A stretch of DNA of 64,000 nt from assembly GCF_963921235.1 (NCBI RefSeq), contig NC_086108.1:101682001-101746000 (forward strand), given 5' to 3'. The position numbers and the translations under genes were made by a program. Source of the stretch: Mobula hypostoma. Taxonomy: Eukaryota. This document shows positions 1 through 13,400 of this stretch, one piece after another. Each line of letters starts with the position of its first letter. Position 1 is the stretch's first letter. Below the pieces are notes generated by a model that ran no database searches, had not been told where the DNA came from, and was given only the letters and a program-made list of their open reading frames with translations.

Positions 1-3000
1 TCCACAGTCTGGATCAGTCTCTGTTTGGGTGGTCTGCCTCTGTGCCGCGGTGCCTGAACGTTGACCGGCTGCACCAAGTCCACCTGAGCCGGTTTGAGTC
101 GGTCCACCGTGAAAACCTTCTCTTTCCCCCCAATGTCCAGAACGTACGTGGACCCGTTGTTACTGATCACCTTGAACGGCCCCTCGTACAGCTGCTGTAG
201 CGGTGCCCGGTGTCCGCCCCTTCGCACGGATACAAACTTACAGTTCTGCAGGTCTTTGGGTCGGGATCTGTCCGTGCTATGAAGTCGGTACGGGGGCCAG
301 GTTGCCGAGCCTTTCGCGTAGTCTGTTCAGGACTGCTGCGGGTTCTTCCTCTTTCCCCCTTGAGGCTGGTATGAACTCTCCTGGGACGATCAGGGGTGCG
401 CCGTACACCAGCTCGGCCGACGAGGTGCGCAGATCCTCTTTGGATCCAAGCAGGACCCAGGGAAGTTCGTCCACCCAGTTAGGCCCTTTCAGGTGGGCCA
501 TGAGAGCCGACTTTAAGTGACGGTGGAAGCATTCCACTAGTCCGTTCGACTGTGGGTGGTAGGTAGCTGTGTGTAATTGTGTTCCCAACAGGCTGGCCAC
601 AGCCGACCACAGGCTGGAGGTGCACTGGGCGCCTCTGTCGGAGGTAATGTGGGCCCGGATCCCGAAGCATGCTACCCAGTTTGCAATCAGTGTTCAGGCG
701 CAGGAATTGGCGGTGGTGTTGTTGCACGGAACCGCCACTGGCCATCTCATGAACCGGTCTACCATAGTTAGGAGGTACTGCGCTCCTTGTGACACTGGCA
801 GGGGCCCCACGATATCCACATGAATGTGGTTGAACCTCCGGCGGGTGGGTTCAAACTGCTACGGCAGGGCTTTGGTGTGCCGCTGCACCTTGGCCATTTG
901 GCACTGCGTGCACATTTTGGACCATTCACTGACCTGTTTGCGAAGTCCGTGCTGCACAAACTTGCTGGAGACCATCTGGATGGTTGTCCTCATAGATGGG
1001 TGTGCCAAGCTGTGTATAGAGTTGAAAACTCGCTACCACCAGGCTGCCGGGACGATCGGGCGAGGTTGGCCGGTAGCCACGTCACACAGGAGGGTCCTTT
1101 CACCTGGGCCTACGAGGAAGTCCTGTAGCTGGGCATCTCGCCATCTGCCTGCTGCACCTCTGCCAGTGCTGCATAGTCCACCCCCTGGGACAGGGCCTGG
1201 ATAGCTGGTCTGGAGAGTGCGTCCACCACGACATTGTCCTTGCCCGAGACATGCTGGATGTCCGTCGTGTACTCAGAGATTTAGGACAGATGTCGCTGCT
1301 GGCGGGGCGACCGGGGATTGGACACCTTCGTGAATGCGAAGGTCAATGGTTTGTGGTCCGTGAACGCGGTGAACGGCCTGCCTTCTAAGAAGTACCTGAA
1401 ACGCTGGATTGCCAGATATAGTGCCAACAGCTCCCGGTCGAAGGCACTGTACTTGAGTTCGGGTGGCCGTAGGTGCCTGCTGAAGAACGCCAGGGGTTGC
1501 CAGCGCCCCACGATGAGTTGCTCCAGCACCCCACCGACTGCTGTGTTGGATGCATCCACTGTGAGGGCAGTAGGAACGTCCGTTCTGAGGTGCAGCAGCA
1601 TCGCAGCATCTGCCAAGGCTTCCTTGGCTTTAACGAAAGCTGCCACGGCCTCTTTGTCCCAAGTAAAGTCCTTGCCTTTACCCGACTTCAGGGTGAACAA
1701 AGGGTGCATGATACGGGCTGCTGAGGGGAGGAAGTGGTGGTAGAAGTTCACCATACCAACGAACTCCTGCAGGCCTTTGACTGTGTTGGGCCGGGTGAAG
1801 TGGCGGATCGTGTCTACCTTGGCGGGCAGAGGTGTTGCGCCATCTTTGGTAATCCTGTGGCCCAGGAAGTCGATGGTGTCGAGTCCGAACTGACATTTGG
1901 ACGGGTTGATCGTGAGGCTGAAATCACTCAGGCGGGAGTAGAGCTGGCGGAGGTGTGACAGATGCTCCTGACGACTACTGCTGGCTATGAGGATGTCGTC
2001 CAAAAGATGAACGCAAAGTCCAGGTCGTGTCCCACCGCATCCATTAGTTGCTGGAACATCTGTGTGGCATTCTTCAGGCCGAACGGCATTCGGAGGAATT
2101 CGAACAGGCCGAACGGGGTGATGAGTGCTGTTTTGGGGATGTCTTCAGGGTGTACCGGGATTTGATGGTACACCCGGACGAGGTCTAATTTGGAAAAGAT
2201 GCTTGCCCCATGCAGGTTTGCTGCAAAGTCCTGTATGTGCGGCACGGGGTAGCGGTCTGGAGTTGTAGCCTCGTTCAGTCTGTGGTAGTTGCCGCATGGT
2301 CTCCAGCCCTCGGCTGCTTTGGGCACCATGTGCAAGGGGGAGGCCCATGGGCTGTCGGACTGCCGTATGATCCCCAATTCCTCCATCCTCTTGAACTCCT
2401 CCTTCGCCAGGCGGAGCTTGTCCGGGGGGAGCCTTCGTGCGTGGGCATGGAGGAGTGATCCCTGGGTCGGGATGTGGTGCTGTACTCCGTGTCTGGACAT
2501 AGCTGCTATGAACTGCGGTGCCAGAACTGATGGAAAGTCCACCAGGATTCTGGTGAATTTGTTGTCAGACAGTGTGATGGAGTCCAGGTGTGGAGCCGGC
2601 AACTTGGCTTCACCCAGGGAGAATGTCTGGAAAGACTTGGCATGGACCAGTCTTTTCCCTTGCAAGTCGACCAGCAGACTGTGGGCTAGCAAGAAGTCCA
2701 CCCCCAGGAGTGATTGGGCTACGGTGGCCAGTGTGAAGTCCCACGTGAACAGGCTGGCGCCGAGCTGTGGCTGCACTGTGCGGGTGCCGTAGGTCTGAAT
2801 CATGCTGCCGTTTGCGGCCCTCAGGGTGGGTCCCGTCTCCCTGTTGCGGGTGTCATACCCAGTCGGGGGTACAACGCTGATCTCCGCTCCGGTGTCGACC
2901 AAGAAGTCTGTTTGTCCAGAAGTCCCAGACGTACAGGAGGCTGTCCTGGTAGCCAGCCGTCGTAGCCATTAGTGGCGGCTGGCCCTGGTGTTTCCTGGGA

Positions 3001-3335
3001 ACTTGCAGGGCATGCGACAATGGCGAGCTTCTGTGCTCCACCACTGGTGGTAGAAACACCACTGTTCATTGGCCTCCTCACTCCTGCCTCTGGGTTGTGT
3101 GTGCTCCGTTGCCGGGCCTGGTCTGGCCTGCTGTTGGGCGCGTGGCTTGGTAATCTGTCCGACGGACGCTCCGCTCTCCCTCTTGGCTTTCCACAGCACA
3201 TCTGACCGGGCCGCCACCTTCCGGGGGTCACTGAAATCTGTGTCGGCCAGCACAGATGTATGTCCTCGGGCAGTTATTCTCAAACATGAAGCAGGGCTTG
3301 TGTCCTTCAGCCAGGGCCAGCATCTCGTTCATTGT
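1..3335 (-). mobile_element. Ty3/Gypsy LTR retrotransposon, degenerate gag-pol (gag remnant, protease, RT, RNase H, integrase); runs off window start
   Basis: Minus-strand ORFs in Gypsy order: protease 'VDTGAEIS' and RT '[10 protein letters not shown]...MPFGLKNA' (1985-2902); 'MDDILIAS' plus RNase H 'VDASNTAVGGVL...FTDHKPL' (1281-2003); integrase 'YHPQSNGLVE' (277-600). Several frameshifts and stops. Confidence 0.93.
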
Positions 3336-3785
3336 GCCAGAGGTCCGTGAGTGTCAGGGAGAATGAATGAGTGCCATTGCTATTACAAAGGAAAAAGTGA
3401 GAGGCAATCTCAAAAGTCTTAAGGTGAATAAGTCACCTGGGCCAGATGGACTACTGTACATCCTAGAGTCCAGAGATGTTGCAGAAGAAATAATGGATGC
3501 ATTGGTTATGATCTTTCAAGAATTGCTTGATTCTGGCATGGTCCCAGAGGACTGGAAAATTGCAAATCTCACTCCATCTTTAAGAAGGGAAGAATGCAAA
3601 AGAAAGGAAATTATGGTCCAGATAGCCTAATATCAGTGGTTGGTAAAGTGTTAGAGTCTATGATGATGAGGTTTTGAGGTACTTGGAGACTGATGATAAC
3701 ATAAGTCAAAGTCATTTACGTGGAGTTTCAGCAGGTATTGATAAGGTGCCACACATGAGGCTGCTTACCAAGATAAAATCCAGTA
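3335..3785 (+). mobile_element. CR1-clade LINE ORF2 fragment
   Basis: 'KSPGPDG...PEDWKIANLTP' (ORF 3367-3630), a typical CR1 pre-RT motif. Confidence 0.85.
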
Positions 3786-3861
3786 CCCCACGTTTTCTCT
3801 CCACAGTTTCAATGAAATATGTGTAAACTGAAGAAAAATGTTTAATGTTACCAAATCATGA

Positions 3862-4484
3862 ATGGGATCTGCAGCTCGACGACCTTTGGCTTGTTCGGGA
3901 AAATGAAACACTGTTGGACATGAGCTACAGGGACCTGTCACCCCGAATCTAAAGGAGAAGGAAAAATGGGTGACTGTCAGGAGAGGAAAGGTAGAATGTC
4001 GGATAGTGGAGATCATCCCGTTGCCATCCCCCTCAACAATAAGTGCTCCATTTTGAGTTCTGTTGATGGGGAACAGCCCACCTGAGGGAAACAACAGCAG
4101 CTGTGCCTCTGGCATTGAGTTTGACCCTCTAGCTCAGAAGGGTAGGGAACTGAGGAGTATGGCAGCAGTAATCCTATGGTGGGGGTATCAGAACTAGACA
4201 GCATAGCCTCAAAATTGAGGGACGACCTTTTAGAACAGAGGTAAGCAGGATTTTTTTCAGCCAGACAGTAGTAAATCTGTGGAATGCTCTGCCACAGACT
4301 GCGTTGGAGGCCAAGTCCATCCATGTATTTAAGGCGGAAGGTGATAGTTTCCTATCAGTCAGGGCATCAAAGGATATGGCGAGAAGGCGAGTATATGGGG
4401 TTCAGTGGGATCCGGGATCAGCCATGATGGAATAGCAATGGGCTGAATGGCTCCTATTCTGCTCCTACGTCTTATGGTCTTATG
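3862..4484 (+). mobile_element. Internally deleted CR1 (ORF1 piece fused to 3' end) inserted only in the left arm
   Basis: ORF1-like 'ctgcagctcgacgacc...tgggtgactgtcagg' is followed by a CR1 3' end with a tcttatgg-type tail. The corresponding right-arm site (~33580) is empty. Confidence 0.75.
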
Positions 4485-4727
4485 ATTATGAATTATATTC
4501 CTTCTGGTCAAACATTACTTCAGTAGTTAGAATTAAGTACACATTGATCACATTTTAGTTTAAAGAATTTTACATATTCACAATGAGATAGATTCCAGAT
4601 GGGTAAATACAGATTCTAAATGCTTCCCAACACCTGCTGTTCATACACACAGCTTCAATGTGGCAATTTTAGCTGCATATCTGTAGTGGTCTTCCTGACA
4701 GGTTTTACCAATAGTTCCTGTATCAAG

Positions 4728-5990
4728 CACGAGACAGTCTGCAGGTGCTAGAAATCCAAAGCAGCACACACAAAACGCTGGAGGAACTTAGCATGTTAGG
4801 CAGCATCTATGGAAAAGAGTAAATAATCGACTTTTCATCCAGGACCCTTCAAGACTCAGAAGGTGGGTCCTCCCACTTTCTCCAAACTCCAAAGCCTTTC
4901 CCTATTATACTCCCCACCCTTCCTCTGCTGTATTGACGACTGCATTGGCGCATGCACTCATGCTGAGCTTGTTAATTTTATCAACTTTGTCTCTAACTTC
5001 AACTGTGCACTTAAATTTACACAATCCATCTCTAATACCTCCCTCTCCTTTCTCAATCTGTATGTTTCCATCTCTGGAGTCATATAGTCCACTAACATCT
5101 TTTATAAACCTACTGATTCCTAAGGTTATCTCGATGAAACACTTCCCACCCTATCATCTGTAAAAATGCTATTTACTTCTCTCAGTTTCTTTGCCTCCGC
5201 CACATCTCTTCCCAGGGCGTGACTTTCTATTCCAGGACATTAGAGACGTCCTCCTTCTTTAAAAAGTGGGGTAGCCCTCCTGCTAATATTAATACTGCCC
5301 TCTCCCACTTCTCCTCCATTTCCCGTACGTCCACACTCACCCCATCTTCCCAATGCCACAATAGCCCTGAACTACCACCCCATCAACCTCCACATCCAAC
5401 ATATTATCCTCCGAAACTTCTGCCATCTCCAAAGGGATGCTAGCACTAAACATATCTTTACCCCTAACCCTCCCCCTCTCCCATCACTACACCTTCCGCA
5501 GGGTTCACGCTCTCTGCAATTCCCTAGTCAATTCGTCCTTCCCCACTAATCCCCCTCCAGGCACTATTCCTGCAAGCAGTCTAAGTGCTGAACCTCCTAT
5601 TCACCTCCTCCCTCACCTCCATTCATGGCCCCAAACAGTCCTTCCAGGTGAGGCAACACTTCAACGGGGAATCTGCTGAGGTCGGCTATTGTGTCCAATG
5701 CTCCTGATGTAGCCTCCTCTACATTGGTAAGACCCGTTGTAAATTGTGGGACTGCTTTGGTGCACACCTCCACACCATCCACCACAAACAGGACTTCCCC
5801 GTGACCAAACATTTTAATTCCCACTCCCATTCAAGTCCTGATGTGGTGATCAATGGCCTCCTCCTGACCAAGATGAAACCGCCCAACAGGGTGGAGGAGC
5901 AACACCTTTTATTCTGTCTGGGTAAATCTCCAACCCGATGGCATGAATATTGATATCTCCTTCTGGTGAACAAATCTCCCTCACATCTTC
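4728..5990 (+). mobile_element. Penelope-like element remnant (RT C-terminus plus GIY-YIG endonuclease) with inverted pseudo-LTR piece at its 5' end
   Basis: 'CIDDCIGA..HAELVNFINF', 'FYKPTDS', 'FSQFLCLRHI', GIY-YIG-like 'YCVQCS*CSLLYIGKT', 'HFNSHSHS', 'EEQHLLFCLG'. Confidence 0.85.
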
Positions 5991-6475
5991 CTCTGAATCT
6001 ACTGAACTGGAATAGAAATAATTGAACAGATAAGGTTTCAAAATTAAAATGCATTACATTGTTCTGATTTGTAATGACAATTCACTTCAATGCAAAATAT
6101 CCTAAGTTGCTTCCCAGGACAATGAAACAAGAATTTAAAAATTTGCAGAATAATATGGAAGTAGGCAGATCAGTCACGAGTGTTTACGTATGCACAGAGA
6201 AACAATGACAACTGATTAACTGTTCTTACTGAGTCATGCTGGCCACTGCACATACTGGGCAACTTCCAGTGTGGGAGCAGAGAACTTGGCCCGCCAAGAT
6301 GGAAACATATGCACTTGAAAGCCCGCACAAAAAGAGAGAGCTTTCTGCGCACAGGAAGCCCAATTAATTTATCACACAATCGATCAGCTGCATAAGCACT
6401 CACTACATTTCACATTTATCCGATACCGTTCAATATGTCAATGCAATCACTCACAGTATTTCCTTTCTTTATCAG

Positions 6476-6756
6476 CCTCCTACTATGAGATGAGAATGAG
6501 TGAGAAACTGCTGCAGCTACGGGACAGTTTCTCAGGAGCTGAACAGGTTAATTTGACAAGTTTGAAACCGCAACCATTTGGCTCCAAAGAAACATTTACA
6601 ATTGCCGTTGGAAGTACAGAACTTAAAAACAGTACCACGTTTTATTTTGCTCTATGTGCTTATGATGAAAACAATCAGCCTTCCGAGATGTCCAATGTTG
6701 CCAGCGCTTCTTTCTTTCTGCCTTTGCCTGATGAACTGGGGGACAATAAAGTATAG
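6476..6756 (+). CDS. CLCA: CLCA-family paralog A, terminal coding exon, ending at an early TAG before the TM helix; upstream exons not in window
   Basis: Acceptor ttcctttctttatcag|CC at 6475/6476. Translation (A)SYYEMRMSEKLLQLRDSF...YFALCAYDENNQPSEMSNVAS resembles the CLCA C-terminal exon and is paralogous to 29730-30202. Stop TAG at 6754-6756. Confidence 0.85.
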
Positions 6757-6951
6757 GTTCTGCACAGTATGTGGATTTCAGTAGTAGTGGCAGTAATTGT
6801 ATGTTTGATTATTGGGATTACTTATTATATTGAGCAGAAGAAATACAAAAACAGATTGCCAGTAGCAGTAGAGCATGCAGACAATACAGCTGCTGAATGT
6901 TTACTTTATCCTGAGGTATTATTGTTGCAGATTAGATTGAAGATTTTCTGA
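6757..6951 (+). other. In-frame open continuation after the TAG, encoding the CLCA transmembrane helix and basic tail
   Basis: VLHSMWISVVVAVIVCLIIGITYYIEQKKYKNRLP in the same frame as the exon; matches the paralog VLHSIWIAVLVAVIVCLIIGITDYVVKKKCKKRLP. Confidence 0.88.
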
Positions 6952-7133
6952 GATATCTATAATCATTCCCAGACAAATGGAAGGCCTTCCTTGGATATTC
7001 AGTCCAAATTATATGCCTAACCTCTTGCGTTAATCAGATGCTTTAGTTTGGTGACATTGATTTTGGAGGAGGATGTGGTTTTCTTCTGGGGTAGAATCTG
7101 TATCATTGAATAATCTTGATGTAGTTCTGTATT

Positions 7134-7139
7134 AATAAA
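7134..7139 (+). promoter_or_regulatory. Putative polyadenylation signal of CLCA paralog A
   Basis: AATAAA at the position homologous to AATAAA of paralog B (29468-29473, minus). Confidence 0.6.
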
Positions 7140-7429
7140 AACAATATTTTCTGAAATGGTAGTATTATTCATTTTCTAATACCACCTTTTAGGAGTTCAT
7201 AATGAAGGTTATTTTTTGGAGTCTGTTGAGTCTCTATAGAAACTTCAAATACTTGTCTTATACATTGAACCTTCCACCTTTGTCACCAGTAACAGCAATA
7301 ATGTATAATTAAGTGGAGCCATTTAATGTAAAAAGATACGTCTATGACATTGAAGAAGAACAGTAACGTTGGAAAGGGAGGCCTAGCAGAGGATGGCGAG
7401 GCCAGGTGACCACAAGACTGATCAGAAAA

Positions 7430-7955
7430 AAAATTCATGGAACAGAGAGCATGGATCAGAGAACAGACTGCAAACTACAGGCCTTCAGCCCAAGGTGTGT
7501 ATTAATCCCTTAATTTACTCCAACATCAATCTAACTTTCTCCTCCTGCTTCATCCTTCATTTTACTTTCATCCATGTTCCCTTTAAGAGTATCTTAAATG
7601 GTACTAATCACTCTATCACTATCCCTGGCAGCATGTTTTATGCACCCACCACTCAGAGTAAAAATAAACCTGCCTCTGATATCCCCCTGTATTTTCCTTC
7701 CAACCCCTTAAAGGCATACCCCTTGTATTAACCATTTGCATTCTTGGAAAAGAAAGTTTCTGGCTATCCAATCGATCTATGCCTCTTATTTTGGGCATTT
7801 CTCTCAAGTCGCCTCTCTTCATCCTTCTCTCTAAAGAGAAAAGCCCTAGTTCATTAAAACTCTCCTCATAAGACACATTCTCCATTCCAGCATCATCCAG
7901 GCAAATCTCCCCTGCATCCTCTCGAAAGCTTCCACATCCTTCCTATAATGAGAAG
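7430..7955 (-). mobile_element. CR1 3' fragment
   Basis: 'SYEESFNELGLFSLERRMKRGDL' (ORF 7619-7885). Confidence 0.8.
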
Positions 7956-8729
7956 CTTTACATGCAAGAGAAAGACTAAACCAGCAATAAATTTCTAAAT
8001 GAAAGGGGAATGAGAGAAACTATAATCTAAAAACAAGATAGTAAGTAAAATAGGGAGGAGATTAGAAAATAAAGGAACATATTTGCATATTGTTTATTTA
8101 AAATGGTAAGAATATCCTGTTTCATTGAGAGATTACCACAAGTTTGTGTAACTGAATAAAATTAGGTTAATCTTCAGAAATGACAATTATTTAAATGAGA
8201 GACTATTTCCTAACAAGAAGCTGTTTGTTCAGTTATGAAAAAATGGCAGGCTTGTAGAAAAAACCACCAGTGATCTGATGTAACATGAGCCAATGTTTGG
8301 CTGACCTGGCTAAACTGGTTTGAACTAGGCTGATTTGGGAAGGAACAAAAGAAGTTGTCTTTGGGGCCTTGGGCCAGATCCAAAGAGAAGTCAATGAGCC
8401 TCAGTGAACAAAATTGCAAGATTATAGATTGATCTGATAAGGAAAAGGATATGAATGGAGGATGCGGAGATACAGGCAGTGCCAAATCTGGAGAATACCC
8501 ATCGCAGAAGCGGATAACCCCATGTCAGAAACGTGGAGATTACAATGGGATCAGGAGGAATACCTGGCCATCATAGAATCCTGTCCCAGGTAATATCTTT
8601 CCTACTTTGACTGTTTAGGGAGTGTCAGGGAAATCCAGTAGTGTGTGCACAGGTACTCAGTTTTGTAACTTCATGTGCTTGTTGTTAACTGAACTAATAA
8701 CAGTATTTGTCAGTTAATAATGAAGCAGT

Positions 8730-10460
8730 GAACATAATATGATTGAATTCATACTCTAATTTGAAAAGGAGAAACATAGGTCACATGTATCATTATCACA
8801 ATGGAATAAAAAAGAATTACAGAGGCTTGAGAGAGGAGCTTGCCCAGGTGGATTGGAGGACGACACTGGAGGGGATGACAGTAGAACAGAGATGGCTGAA
8901 GTTTCTGTGAATAGTTCACAAGGAGCAAGATAAATATATCCCACAGAAGAAAAGTTCTTAAATGACAGGGGTAGGTAACCGTGGCTGACAAAGGAAGTCA
9001 AAGACTGTATAAAAGCCAAAGAAAGGGCATATAAGGTACCAAAAGTGAGCTGGAAATTGGATGATTGTGAAGTTTTAAAAATCCAACTAAGAAAGCTGTA
9101 AGAAGGGAGGAGATGCAATCTGAGGGGAAACTAGCTAATAATATAAAGCAGGATGCCACAAGATTTTTTCAGTCATATCAAGAGTAAAAGGGAGGTTAAA
9201 GTTGATATTGGACCACTGGAAAATGATGCTGGTGAGGTAGTAATGGGGGACAAAGAAATGGTAGATGAACTTAATGGGTATTTTGCATCTGTCTTTACTG
9301 TGGAAGACACTGGCAGTGTGCCAGAAGTCTGTGAGAACAGATGCATTGGTCATGATCTTTCAAGAATCACTTGATTTTGGCATGGTCCCGGAGAACTGGA
9401 AGATTGCAAATGTCACTCTACTCTTTCAGAAGGGACGAAGGCAAAAAAAGAAAATTAGAGGTCAGTTAGCCTAACCTTGGTGGTTGGGATAGTGTTGGAG
9501 TCTATTATTAAGGATGAGGTTTTGGGGTACTTGGAGACAAATGATTAAGTCAAAGTAAGCATGGTTTTGTAAAGGGAAATCTTGCCTGACAAATCTGTTA
9601 GAGTTCTTTGAGGAAGTAACAAGTAGGGTGAACAAAGGAGAGGCAGTGGATGTCATTTATTTGGAGTTTTTGAAGGCGTTTGATAAGGTGCCATACCTGA
9701 GGCTGTTTAACAAGATAAAATCCTATGGCGTTACAGGAAAGATACTGGCATAGAGAAAAGCATAGCTGTCAGGAGGCAGCGAGCGGAAATAAAAGGGGCC
9801 TTTTCTAATTGGCTGCCGGTGAGTAGTGGTGTTCCTCGGTGGTCAGTATTGGGACTGCTGCTTTTCACATAGTTTGTCAGTGATTTAGATAATAGAATTG
9901 ATGGCTTTGAGGCAAATTCTGCAGATGATACAAAGATAGGCGGAAGGGTAGGTAGTCTGAGGAAGCAATGCGATTGCAGCAGGGCTTAAACGAATTGGAA
10001 GAATGGACAAGAAAGCCGCAGATGGAATACAATGTTGGGAAAGGTAGGATAAAGCATTTTGGTGAAAGGAACAATAAGTGCAGACTATTACCTAAATAGA
10101 AAGAAGGTTCAAACATCAGAGATGCAAAGGGTCTCTCAGAAGGCTCCGTGCAAGGCACCCAGAAGGTTAATTTACAAGTTCAGTCTGTAGTAAAGAAGGC
10201 AAATGAAATGCTGGCATTTATTTCAAGAGGAATAGAATGTAACAGCAAGGAGATAATGCAGAGGCTTTATAAGACGCTAATCAGGCCATAGAGTATTGTC
10301 AACAGTTTTGGGCCCCATATCTCAGAAAGGATGTGTCCAGAGGAGGTTCTTGAGGATGATTATGGGAATGAAAGGGTTAACATGGAGGTGTATTTGCCAG
10401 GTTTAGGTCTGTACTCACTGCATTTCACAAGAACGTGGGAGGATCTCATTGAAACTGATT
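8730..10460 (+). mobile_element. Degenerate CR1 ORF2 (RT)
   Basis: 'IGPLENDAGE...YFASVFT', 'PENWKIANVT', QHGF-like and 'ADDTKIG' motifs, with many stops. Confidence 0.88.
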
Positions 10461-13400
10461 GAATTAGCAGCGGACTAATCAATTTGCACAGAGAGAGAGA
10501 GCTTCACACAGGTCAGAAAGAGAAGTTTAAAAAATGCTCAAGAGATTTCAGTGAGGAGGCAGAGGTAGGTAGCAGGTAAGAGTGTTATAGTAGCTGAATA
10601 AAAAGTCACTAATTTACAGCTAATTGAATAAGGTAGGAATGATGCAGGGTCAGGTGATGTGCTGTAGCTGCATGATGTGGGAGCTGGTGAACCCCATTGT
10701 GGTTCCTGGTGACCACACCTGCAGCAAGTGTTGGTTGCTCGAGGAACTCAGGCTCAAAGTTGATGACCTGGAAGCTGAGCTTCAAATCTGATGCAGCACA
10801 TCAGGGAGAGGGAAAGTTACCTGGATTCTCTGTTTCAGGAGGTAGTCATACCCGTTAGATTAGCTGCCTCAAATTCGGTCTGTGGTCAGGTACAAGAGGG
10901 TGTGACCGCGATTGAGTCGGGCAGTGGGATCTAAGAAACAGTGCTAGAGGAGCCTCAGCCCTTGAGCTTGTCCAACAGGTCTGAGATTCCTGCTCCCTGT
11001 GTGGAGGAAAGTGGGGTCTGTAGGAAGGATGAGCAAACTGACTGTGGCACTGTAGTTCAGGGAACCTTTCAAGAGGGTGGAGAGAAGAGAAATGTAGTAG
11101 CAGTTGGGGATAGTATAGTCAGGGGAATAGACAGAGTTCTCCATCATGTTGCCTGCCTGGTGCCTGGGTTCGGGACATCTTATCTGACCTGCAGAGGAAT
11201 TTGCAGTGGGAGGGAAAGATCCAGTTGTCATAGTCCATGTGGGTACCAATAACATAAGTAGAACGAGGAAAGAGGTTCTGCTGAGGAAATTTGAGCAGCA
11301 AGTGACTAAATTTAAAAGCAGAACCAAAAAGGTGGTAATCTCTGGATTACTACCTGAGCCACTTGCAAATTGGCATAGGGTCAAGAAGATTAGAGACTTA
11401 AATGTATGGCTCAAGGATTAGGGTGTGAGAAGTGGGTTTGAATTCATGGGAAATTGGCACCAGTATTGGGGAAGGAAGGAGCTGTATCAATGGGATAGGC
11501 TCCACATGAACCGTGATGGGACCTGGATCCTAGCAAATCACATAACTAGGGCTGTGGATAGGGCTTTAAGCTAAATAGTAGGGGGGTGGGTTCAACAGAT
11601 TGGAGAAGTAAAGATAAAGTAAAAAAGAAAAGTGTAGATAAAGATAAAGAAAGAGCAAAAGAGAAAAAAGAGTAAAGTAAGAGTGGAGTGAAGAAAAGTC
11701 AACTGCAAAAGAGTAAATGGTTACAAGATATTAAAAGCACAATGAGTGTAAGGCCACTTTATTTAAAAGGGAGGTGGGATAGCGCTTTTAATTAGAGATG
11801 AGATCGGGGTGTTAGTGAGAGGCGATATGAAATCTAAGGAGCAGAATGTTAAATCCATCTGGGTAGAGATTAGGAGTAGACTTCTTCATGTGCCTTGCGT
11901 GTTACACGCTTGGGCGATCATGGCTCTCCACATCAAACGATCTCTTGCAGCGTCAGTGAGTAGTAAAGGGAAAGAAATCACTGGTGGGAGTTGTCTATAG
12001 ACCACTGAATAATAACATTACAGTGGCACAGGCAATAAACAGAAATATTTGAGGCATGTAAGAATGGGACAATAGTTATCGTAGGGGGCTTTAACTTGCA
12101 CATAGATTGGGTGAATCAAGTTGGTCAAGGGAGTTTGAGGACTTCATAGAATGCATGCATGATGGTTTTCGTTAACAGCACATTACTGAACCTACATGGG
12201 AACATGCTATCTTAGACCTGGTCCTGTGCAATGAGACAGGTAAAATTAGTGATCTTGTAGTTAGGGATCATCTTGGAAAGAGTGATCACTGTATTCCTGA
12301 GTTTCTTGTACAAGTGGAGGGTGCAATAGTTTGATCTAAAACCAATGTGTTATGCCTAAACAATGGAAACTATAATGGGATGAGGGACTGGGAACACATA
12401 GAAACATAGAAACATAGAAAATAGGTGCAGGATAGGCCATTCGGCCCTTCGAGCCTGCACTGCCATTCAGTATGATCATGGCTGATCATCCAACTCAGAA
12501 CTCTGTACCTGCTTTTTCTCCATACCCCCCCGATCCCTTTAGCCACAAGGGCCATATCTAACTCCCTCTTAATGAACTGGCCTCAACTGTTTCCTGTGGC
12601 AGAGAATTCCACAGATTCACCACTCTCTGTGTGAAGAAGTTTTTCCTCACCTCGGTCCCAAAAGGCTTCCCCTTTATCCTTAAATTGTGACCCCTCGTTC
12701 TGGACTTCCCCAACAACGGGAACAACCTTCCTGCATCTGTCCAATCCCTTTAGAATTTTACACATTTCCATAAGATCCCCCCTCAATCTTCTAAATTCCA
12801 GCGAGTATAAGCCTAGTCGATCCAGTCTCTCTTCATCTGAAAGTCCTGCCATCCCAGGAATCAATCTGGTGAACCTTCTTTGTACTCCCTCTATGGCAAG
12901 AATGTCTTTCCTCAGATTAGGGGACCAAAACTGCACACAATACTCCAGGTGTGGTCTCACCAAGGCCTTGTACAACTGCAGTAGTACCTCCCTGCTCCTG
13001 TACTCGAATCCTCTTGCTATGAATGCCAACATACCATTCGCTTTTTTCACCGCCTGCTGTACCTTCATGCCCTCTTTCAATGACTGGTGTATAATGACAC
13101 CCAGGTCTCGTTGCACCTCCCCTTTTACTAATCAGCCACCATTCAGATAATAATCTGTTTTCCTGTTTTTGCCACCAAAGTGGATAACCTCACATTTATC
13201 CACATTAACTTGCATCTGCCATGAATTTGCCCACTCGCCTAACCTATCCAAGTCACCCTGCATCCTCCTCACAGCTTACACTGCCACCCAGCTTCATGTC
13301 ATCCGCAAACTTGGAGATGCTGCATTTAACTCCCTAATCTAAATCTAAATCATTAATATATATAACACAGACTATATGGTGGGACAGTTGAGGAACAGTG

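Larger units (their letters stand above)
3790..7250 (+). repeat. Inverted segmental duplication, left arm block A (CLCA last intron, last exon and 3' UTR); partner about 29345-33655
   Basis: Reverse-complement similarity read directly, e.g. 4555-4810 vs 33255-33510, 5995-6110 vs 30650-30770 and 6290-7250 vs 29345-30400. Confidence 0.92.

Noticed and set aside
6754..6762. Programmed stop-codon readthrough or a cryptic acceptor at TAG|GTT
   Set aside because: The context is not the known TGA-CTAG readthrough motif and there is no polypyrimidine tract upstream; kept only as a minor alternative.
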